Origin: Ruditapes philippinarum
Taxonomy: Eukaryota
Assembly: GCF_026571515.1 (NCBI RefSeq)
Contig: NW_026855289.1
Location: 62,001-126,000, forward strand
Direction: 5' to 3'
DNA: 64,000 bases
The translations under genes were made by a program, and so were the position numbers. Positions 56,001 through 64,000 of the stretch are shown here, piece by piece. The stretch's first letter is position 1. Each line of letters begins with the position of its first letter. The notes below the pieces were generated by a model that did no database searches, had not been told where the DNA came from, and saw only the letters and a program-made list of their open reading frames with translations.

Positions 56001-57163
56001 TGAACTGTGATCTGGTTAATTCAATATGGCTTAATAGTGTTGACTGCTTCAAATTCAAAGCAGGGCAATTTAGTACAGTTCACAGCAGGGTTAAGGCAAA
56101 ACAGTATTGTATACTTGCTTAGATGCCAGGTAGTCTTTTGACATAGGCCGATAAAAATGCCATTTTGATTTTAAATGTAACGTAAAACATGTATTTTATA
56201 CTTTATTCTCATAGGAAAGAAATAACAAAAATTGGATAAGTATCAATAAAAATATTTAAAACGGAATTATATATTCAAAGTCACGACGACGTGACCGACG
56301 ACGTGACCGTGTTCACGTTAAAATAGAATAAGATAATAGCAATTTATGAAATATATACAAGTATTTCGATCGTATGTGTGCTTTTATTATTTCATGCAAA
56401 GTTTTAAAACGTTGAGAAAAAATCAAATGTCATTCTTTTTCATAGGATGTATTTATTCTGGATACGAAGGAATCAGTTTTTGTTTGGATTGGACTTAAAA
56501 CGTCAACAATGGAGAAAAGGAACGCCATGACATATGCACACGTAAGATTTCTTTTTTTTCAAAATACGAACGATTCTCAAAATAAGTGTACATGTATTCA
56601 ATAAATATTTAGGTAAAATTATTGTAAAACCGTTTTGCAATAAAATGAGAGTAAGACTAACAACAATTGAGTTATTAGAGGTAATTGATAATGTTAGTGT
56701 TACTAAAAATACTCACTCCTTATAATCGAATGGACAATTTTTATTTTTGTTATTGACAATGTTAAAATCAAAAAGAATAAAAACCCAAAGAATACAAAAA
56801 GTAAAAAAAGAGCAAAAAATAGAAAGAAAGAAGTTAAAATATTGTTAAAATCAGCTGTCTCAAAATAAATATTTCAAAAGCAATTGTTTGTCTTTTCATG
56901 TGAGTGATTATAATAATAAGCTTAAACGTATACAAGTTGTTTCTGCTTTCGTCTCTGATCTGAATTCATTAACTGCCATATAAATATACATGTACGAAGT
57001 TTTAGGCACGAATGTTCTTATTCTACAGTTTCACTAAGAATGACACTATTTGTTTTTCAATTTCCAGAATTACCTGAAAGATACAGACCATCCTCTTGTT
57101 CCAGTTTGCTGCCTTGGAGAACAGAAAAGTTCCAGAGCATTTGACCTTGCCCTTGCTGCCTAA
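47086..57163 (+). CDS. Gelsolin-like protein (three-domain, severin/invertebrate gelsolin-like 2 type), 365 aa; join(47086..47089,50399..50479,51752..51825,52230..52304,52929..53128,53664..53883,54358..54444,54775..54860,55363..55441,56446..56541,57068..57163)
   Basis: [38 protein letters not shown]...[35 protein letters not shown]...[27 protein letters not shown]...[10 protein letters not shown]...[16 protein letters not shown]...LSDASG...[16 protein letters not shown]. 1098 nt, all GT-AG in phase. A probable non-coding exon ends at 42968 (CAG|GTGAGT). Confidence 0.95.
47341..47544. mobile_element. Palindromic MITE, Sola-like, copy 3
   Basis: GAGCCGCGTCACGACAAAACCAACATAA...TTATGTTGGTTTTGTCGTGACGCAGCTC, flanked by ATTT/ATTT. 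Confidence 0.88.
48548..49419. mobile_element. IS3EU-like MITE present as an inverted dimer (872 bp) with 22-bp internal repeats
   Basis: Termini TACGGAATGCCGTTAGGGCCA...TGGCCCTAACGGCATTCCGTA. 6-bp TSD CTTAGT (48542..48547, 49420..49425). Internal TIR-TIR junction CATTCC|GGAATG at 49097/49098. Repeat unit ACGATGGTGAAAACGCGAYAGT. Confidence 0.88.
55467..55732 (-). mobile_element. tRNA-derived SINE, copy 2 (gelsolin intron)
   Basis: Reverse complement of 41233..41520 (TGGCGACTTTCCAGC, GTGCATTATTTCAGGCACAAAC, TTCGAACCC, GTCAGCGACCTTAA). Confidence 0.85.
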
Positions 57164-57396
57164 ATACGCTAACAATTTCACTCATTTCCTTACTCAATAT
57201 ATTCTACACGGAAGTATGAAAGCTTGTATAAGTACGAGGAATGTTTTTGGCCATGCTTAATTAGTATTGTTGCCTAAAAACGCTGACAATTTCACTCATT
57301 TCCTCTTTTCCTTACTCAATATACTCTCTACCCGGAAGTATGAAAGCTTGTATAAGTTCGAGGAATATTTTTGGCCATGCTTGATTAGTATTGTTG
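57153..57396 (+). repeat. ~115-125-bp tandem duplication spanning the gelsolin stop codon and proximal 3' UTR
   Basis: TGCCTAAA-ACGCT-ACAATTTCACTCATTTCCT...TTTTGGCCATGCTT-ATTAGTATTGTT occurs twice. Confidence 0.9.
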
Positions 57397-60056
57397 TATG
57401 TTCTATGGAAGTGGCCAAAGAATGGACAAAATTGATGAAAGATGATATCTATTTTTGTTTATATGTTAAACTGCCAGAGTTTAAAGACTATTTTTTTTAT
57501 TTGGAATTAATATTGTAAGTTTGTTAAAGCACTTCCTGTTGTGTAAACTCACTTCCGGAACTGCATATTATGTATAAATATCCTTTAACATGTTATTAAA
57601 ATCTTTAAATACTAGATTGATTTTTGTTTTGAAGTAGTGTGACAATGCCCTTTACCCCACTGTGATTGACTTGTTTTATTTTGAAATAGGAACCGCCTCA
57701 TGCTTTAAGTTATTTCAATGTCAAAATACCACCATAATCTGCAGAATTTGTGTGATGGATTTGTCCTGCTTTGTGGATCAAAGATTAAATGATCACAATA
57801 CAAACATGTCACCTCTGTGACACCATACCTTTGTGCCACTGTACAGAGCTGTCGTATTTCCCTGGTCCTTGTCTTTTACTTGTTGGGGATTGAATGCTGC
57901 ATAAAACGGTGCTGGCGAGCGTTAGAAATGTCGCACTTTTTCCTTATCTCTCATGAATCTACTCTCCTGCGCATCGGTCGAATGTTCCACTCTCGTCCAC
58001 TTTCTGAAGTACCGCGAGTGTATTCAGTGAGCTGCGAAGGGAGCGTATCATGAACTAAACAATAAAAACAACAGAATAAGCATGTACGTCTGCATATATT
58101 CTTGAATAAAAACATTGACATCTAAGATCAATGAAAATGTCAATGTCACATAAAAGTCAAGGACATTGTTCTACTAATGTTGCACAATAACAACAGCAGC
58201 TTTTATATTGAGATCAATTAAATTGGGGGTAGAGATAAATTTTCTACAGATTTTCTGAGGTGGTCATTTTTCTGCAGAGAGAATCAGTATTTTAAATAAA
58301 GAAAAGGGTCATTATTTTGGGATATTATTCGATAGGGGTCACTTTATTTCGTTACACCGGTAATACGATGTGGCATCTATGTACGTAAAGAAAATCAGTA
58401 TGGTACTCAACCAACAACCCTATCTTGCGATTACGGGCACCTGTTACTCCAGGGCACTGTACCTTTCTTGGGAGCATATATATGTCAACTTGAACCTTTT
58501 TTGCTATAGCAGGAAGTATAGTTGTTTATACACTGTGATAATGAGCACTTGTTTCACAACACTAATTAATTCGTAAGGACAAACATTGTAATCCAGAGGT
58601 CGCCGAATAAAAGACCAAGTAACACAAAATTTTAATGGTTTTGTATCATAAATATGATGCTCAAATGAAGATTTATCAATATTGTGTGTTTCAAAAAGCA
58701 TTTTTGTAGATATAACCGAATTTAACATTTCATGTAAATAAAGGGAGGTAATTAGAAATTTATTAGCCAATAAAATTTTGAATGCATTAATTTTAACGTT
58801 TAATTATAATGTGTATAAAAATTTGCAGTACATATTTAACATATTCTTGGATGACATTTGTTTTAGAAGAATAATTATATACATATATAAAACATCTTTA
58901 ATAACACATACAAAATCTTAGGCAGAATATCACGTGACAAATGAGCTCGGACATTGAGTCTGATTTCAGTAATTATAATCAAAGCGCTGAAAGCACTGGA
59001 GGGTCGAACTCTTTAGTTATCAAGTAAAGCTGGTTAGGTTGATCAACCGCCGAGATATGACTAAAACGTGAATTTAAATCAGCGAATAATTAGTAAATAT
59101 TAAAGAAACAGTTAATTTAAGTACCATATGAATTTAATATGGAACAAATGGACTCGAAAAATGAAAACGAGGATAGATAGAGTACAATATAGATTTGGTA
59201 TGGCTTTATTGGATCTGTAAAATAAAAATAAGTCTAAAATCAAATAATTTATATTGGAACATCACGTGGTACCAATGCTGGAAGTTCGTTAGTTACATTT
59301 TATGCGGCGTTAAGTATTTTCCTTTACCTGCAAAAGGAAATATTCGAAATATTTGACAATTCCCAAATGCTTTCAGAATAGATTCTGGATGCGCTTAAAA
59401 TAGATTTAATTAGAAATACAATTAGACTATCCTTTGGAATTCGATCAAAACATACTGCAGTGAATGTCAATACTTAAATCGTTTGATGGTGAGCAGACGG
59501 CCAGAGGGGGTCTGTTTTTCTTGGGATAATGAATACGTTTGAAATAAGATATCACGACAAACTTTAGTAGAACATACTGGAAACGTTCTTGAAAACTTCG
59601 GATATTTCTAGTAGAATCGAACTGTAAGTAATTTTAATAATTGTTTTAAACTTACACATTGTACTTATAATATTCACTCGGCACTTTGTCGTGTTTTTTT
59701 TTTTTTTTCGAAGAAAAAAAAAGGAAAGCGCTGCGGCGGAAATGTTCGGCGGAGAGCCGGCTGATTTTTGGCCGTCTCGGTGCCCGGCAAATAAATCTTG
59801 ATGTATCGGTGTAAGCGATTTTAAGAACAGCAGAGGCACTTTATACCATTATTATATGTGTCTGAGAATAGTATTATTTTATACATTCTTATACAATAAA
59901 AATAAATAAATAAATAAAATTTATATATATTTTTTAAATATTTTTATAAAAGTTATAATATAACTTTCATTTATATTTATTTTATAGAAATCCTTTGCAA
60001 TCGACTTTGCAATGTTTGAAATCGACTTTAATATAACTCAAACCTCTGAATCACAG

Positions 60057-60166
60057 GTATTGTAACAAACTATTTTTAATGATCTATATAGGCTATATAC
60101 TATAATACTAGTCTTATTATAGTATATAGCCTATATAGAATTTTAAAAATAGTTTGTTTCAAGTAC
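60057..60166. repeat. ~110-bp near-perfect hairpin
   Basis: AACAAACTATTTTTAA...CTATATAGGCTATATACTATAATA pairs with TATTATAGTATATAGCCTATATAG...TTAAAAATAGTTTGTT. Confidence 0.85.
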
Positions 60167-60433
60167 ATGTGCTCTGAATTTGAATACATGATTTGAAGTT
60201 ATTCAAAATTAAAGAGTTTTTAATAACAATAATAACAAAAAAGGTGTGCTAGCAACAGTAAAGAGCCTGGTCGGACTGCTCGGGTATTTAGGCTCTATAC
60301 TGGTGGCAAAGTCCAGTCGGTTCCAGCAGGTTGACGGTAAAAACAGGTGGAAAAATCAAAGTTTGTTTTGTCTTCTTTAATCCACAGCATACAAATAAAG
60401 AGTCCTTGTGAAAACAACAAACCAGTCACAGAC

Positions 60434-61005
60434 ATGGGTATGTTTATATTTTATATATGAGCCGCGTCACGGCAAAACAAACATAATGGGTTTGCGATAG
60501 CATGGATCCAGACCAGCCTGCGCATCCGCGCAGTCTGATCAGAATCCATGCTGTTCGCTTACATACCCTATATCAAGTAGAGAAACTGAAAGCGAACAGC
60601 ATGGATCCTGATCAGACTGCGCGGACGCGCAGGCTGGTCTGGATCCATGCTGGTCGCAAACCCATTATGTTTGTTTTGTCGTCACGCGGCTCATATATTT
60701 GTTCAGTAAACTTAATAAAAAGGTAAACCTATTGGAATAAATACACGAATTTTGTAAAGAAATCATAGGCTAAAAATATAAGAATACATGTATGCATTTG
60801 TAACTCAAAAATAAATCGATTTTCATTCCTTCAAACTTTTTGTTTATTTATTTATTTATTTCTGAGGATAATCGAGCATTAACTGTCGATATTAAAGCGT
60901 GTGCATTTTGTACATTTATTTCAGTTTTTCGGAAACAGCAGCAGTATAGCTGGAAAGACTCGAACTTAGCACAGTTCGGATCGGACACTGAGAGACTGGT
61001 GAAAA
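60434..61005 (+). CDS. Second gelsolin-like paralogue, 5' part only; join(60434..60437,60925..61005); continues beyond the window or is a relic
   Basis: ATGG|GTATGT micro coding exon and an 81-nt exon give MVFRKQQQYSWKDSNLAQFGSDTERLVK, the same sizes and phases as the first gene. No further exons were seen before 64000. Confidence 0.8.
60459..60692. mobile_element. Palindromic MITE, Sola-like, copy 4
   Basis: GAGCCGCGTCACGGCAAAAC...GTTTTGTCGTCACGCGGCTC, flanked by ATAT/ATAT. Confidence 0.9.
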
Positions 61006-61627
61006 GTATACTAACTTTCAGCTTAATTTATTGTTTGTTAAACAGGACTGATTTTGAGATTTTGGCTCCCTATAAGATGCTAGAGGCATTTTGTAGTACA
61101 AGTGGTGTCTTGGTGTATTCTACCTATTTAAGGTATGCTGAATCCGATAAAGGTGGACTACTAAGGCCGCCAAATTTCTTTATCATAAATGGATGATATA
61201 TCAAATAAAACTTTTAAGGAAAGGAATAGGCTGAAATTTGTCACAAAGCATGTTTAGGTAAAAACAAATTAGACACCAAAACAGAATAAAAAAACCCAAA
61301 ACAATCCAATATGGCCGAATAATCCAAGATGGCGGACATTTTCTATAGGCTAATATAATTGTAATATAGAAGTAATATTAAAGAAAGTACTGAAAATTTT
61401 AAGGCATTTATACATAAGAGACCTATATTTAGGGTTTACGCAGCGAACACTACACTCTTCCCTGCCCTATCTGCTAGATAGAGCTTTCATGTATTTTATC
61501 TGGCACTCTATGCAAGCATATAGAGTGGCTACTCACATTCGTACTTATATTTTCGCACAGCGTGCGTATGTGTGAGGTGGTGCATGCAAAATAAACATTA
61601 ATTAAAGGCACCTTTCTCTGACTACTC

Positions 61628-62200
61628 TTGGGTGTTCGATTTTCTGTTATCGGTCGTCGGCTCTGTTCGCTTGTTGTCAGTTTTTATGTTATTGGTCGTG
61701 GTGTTCGTGCTTCTGTAATCGGTCTTGGTGTCAGTTCATTTGTTTTCACATGTTCCGATTTGTCGTCTCTGATTTCCTGTTATCGGGCGTCGTCTTTGTT
61801 CTTCTGTTATCGGTTCTCGTCTTCGTTCTTCTCCGTTCTTCTGTCATCGGTTCCCGTCTCTGTTATCGATCTTCGAACAATGTTATTCTGTTATCAATCC
61901 TTATCTCCTTTGTCTTGTTGTCAGTTCTTCTGTTATCGGTCCCAGTCTCTGTTCGCTGGTGGTCAGTTCTTCTGTTATCGGTCCCTGTCTCTGTTCTTTT
62001 GTATACGGTCCTCGTCTCTGTTCGCTTGTTGTCAGTTCTGCTTTTATCGGTCCCTTTCTCGTCTCTGTTCGCTTCTTGTCAGTTCTTGTCTCCATTCTTC
62101 CTTCTGTTATCGGTCGTTGTCTTCGATCTTGTACTCTCGGTACTTGTTTCCTGTTCCTTTAAGGTCTTCTCTTGTATCTATCGTTGCCGTCATTCTGTGT
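61628..62200 (+). repeat. Pyrimidine-rich degenerate tandem repeat (TTCTTCTGTTATCGGTC motif)
   Basis: CTGTTATCG recurs about 8 times. The A-poor plus strand explains the overlapping stop-free ORFs. Confidence 0.8.
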
Positions 62201-62244
62201 TGATGTCCTGGTTTTGTCAGTCTTGTAGTCATTTATTCGTTCAG

Positions 62245-62317
62245 TGGAGTAGCGGGGGATCGAACTCACGACCCCTTGATTTAAAGGCAGACAGTGTTAC
62301 CACTGCACCATAGCGCC
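62245..62317 (-). pseudogene. tRNA-derived head (pseudo-tRNA or SINE 5' end)
   Basis: Minus strand TGGTGCAGTGGTAAC (A box) and GAGTTCGATCCC (B box); anticodon and acceptor stems do not pair. Confidence 0.55.
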
Positions 62318-64000
62318 CGCTCTGAATAATAACCATTTTTGAAAGTCCTTTATACATTAAATACTATTTCAATGGCATTACAATTATATTTTAACACCTC
62401 TACTATGTAGCCAACCCACGTGACTTTTATATATGGTCAAAGAAAATATTACTCGATTTATTACAAGTAATATTTTTATAGATAACTTTGCTGTTACTTT
62501 AAGATATCCTGGAGATTTATTGGAGGGTACCCGGAATTCTAATGTATATCGAATGATGTGATAATCTTCTTGTAGAATTTTCTCAAAACCGTGACTGAAT
62601 TTCAAAATTTTCGAGAGCTGCCATGGTATAGCAAGCACACGTAGCAATCTCCCGGTTTCAGACATTCCATGACTCGATGAAAATATGGTGTTGTTATTGT
62701 TATTTTTAACTTTAACTTTAAATTTCAAATCAAATAGTCACTTATCTTTAAACAAGATGGTATTTTGTAAGAATGTGATAAAGTATACACTTCTAAGTTT
62801 AAGATGACTTTTTAATATTATCGATTATATATAGCCGCAGTTAAGTGATTGGCTGATGTGTGAGAGGTCTATTGTTCTATTCCTACTGTTGCCTTTTTAA
62901 AGACCTACTGTTTTTTGTTGTTTTTGTTGTTGTTTTTGTTTTTTTGTTGTTGTTTTTTTGTTGGTGTTTTTTTTTTTGGAGGTGGGGGGGGGGGTGCAGT
63001 ATATATTATAAAACACTTTTTGTCTCGGTTTGTGTTGTGTTAATGGCATTGAAATGACATTTTTTGACATTTCAAAAATAATTTTTAAATATTTATTTTA
63101 AACCATAAATACCATAATAAGTGCAAAATATATGAAAACAAAATGAACAACTTAAAAAAATCATAGCTACAAATAATGTTGAAAATTACGGAACACCTGA
63201 AGTGACATTTTCCACACTTTCTCCCGGAATTGAATTCGTTTTTACGAGATAATAATTCCCAATAAGAAATATTATTTCGATTTTTTACGAAATATAAAAT
63301 CTTAATTAATAAATTCAGTATGAAATATTGATTCGTTATTACGAAATATTTATTCTGTGGTTATATTTATAAAGAAGGGTTTGAAACTAAGTTTATTGTT
63401 AAATATAAGTCAAGTAAACAAAACATAAAAAGTGATTTTTTCAATCTTAGTCTTATACCTTAACGCGCTAGTAAAACAGTACTGTACCTTTTGAAGGTCA
63501 AGGTCAATTTTATTTTCTTGGTATCCACCCTCATCGTCTTCAGCATACCCGTATTAGGTTAAAACACTCAAGATATTACTTGTACTATAAAATGCCTCTA
63601 GCATTCATATTTTCCTAAAACCAGTCCTGTCTATGTGACCTTTTAGCGAAATTAGTAGATACGAGTAAAGTTTTGTCAATTTTGTTCATTATTTGACTTT
63701 TAAAAAACAATATAATAATTGCTATAAATAAGCAATTTCTATTGCCGGTTGATTGAGGTCACTGGCATTAATACCCATCTCTTAGGTTCAAACCAGCCAA
63801 TGATGCTTCATTCTGGCATGTGAGATATTGCGAAAGGTCAGTTAGTTCTTCTGTTATTGAAAGTTTTGACAGCGGTCCGCCTTGCGTCTTTTTATAAGTC
63901 TGAAAAATGTCCAAATCTCCGGATTTATCACTAGAAACATTGGAAATGATTATGCCATTGCTTGCCAGTCTGTATTCATAAAACGGAGAAACAGTCGATT

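Larger units (their letters stand above)
61043..63629. mobile_element. 2.6-kb non-autonomous TIR element (CAGG termini, Tc1/mariner-like, tentative) with ~120-bp imperfect TIRs
   Basis: Left CAGGACTGATTTT...ATGCTAGAGGCATTTTGTAGTACAAGT...GGTATGCTGAA..GGTGGA matches the reverse complement of 63521..63629. No transposase. Confidence 0.75.

Noticed and set aside
61628-62313. Overlapping 187-191 aa hydrophobic ORFs
   Set aside because: The A-poor low-complexity strand lacks stops in several frames; no family similarity.

Overview
AT-rich, intron-rich animal genomic DNA; the repeat families and the three-domain gelsolin suggest a bivalve mollusc (inference). Five complete genes were reconstructed by hand from GT-AG junctions and reading frame: NAA10 (minus, 7 coding exons), NDUFA5 (plus, 4), TMEM187 (minus, 1), ARL8 (plus, 6) and a 365-aa three-domain gelsolin/severin-like gene (plus, 11). 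The first two coding exons of a tandem gelsolin paralogue follow. NAA10/NDUFA5 and TMEM187/ARL8 are head-to-head pairs. Non-coding DNA is dominated by non-autonomous mobile elements. The largest is a 10.9-kb foldback/Mutator-like element with a 9-bp TSD whose inverted arms are ~175-bp satellite-like arrays; it sits in the middle of NAA10 intron 1 and carries nested inserts. Other elements: an inverted-dimer IS3EU-like MITE, four Sola-like palindromic MITEs, P-like and Tc1-like TIR elements, Helentron/HINE-type repeats, tRNA-derived SINEs, and a palindrome-ended element whose hairpin has regularly placed tandem GA/GA mismatches. No prokaryotic system, CRISPR array, rRNA, intact tRNA gene or transposase ORF was found. 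Most ORFs in the supplied track are spurious. TE superfamily labels rest on TIR/TSD signatures recalled from memory, not on database searches.
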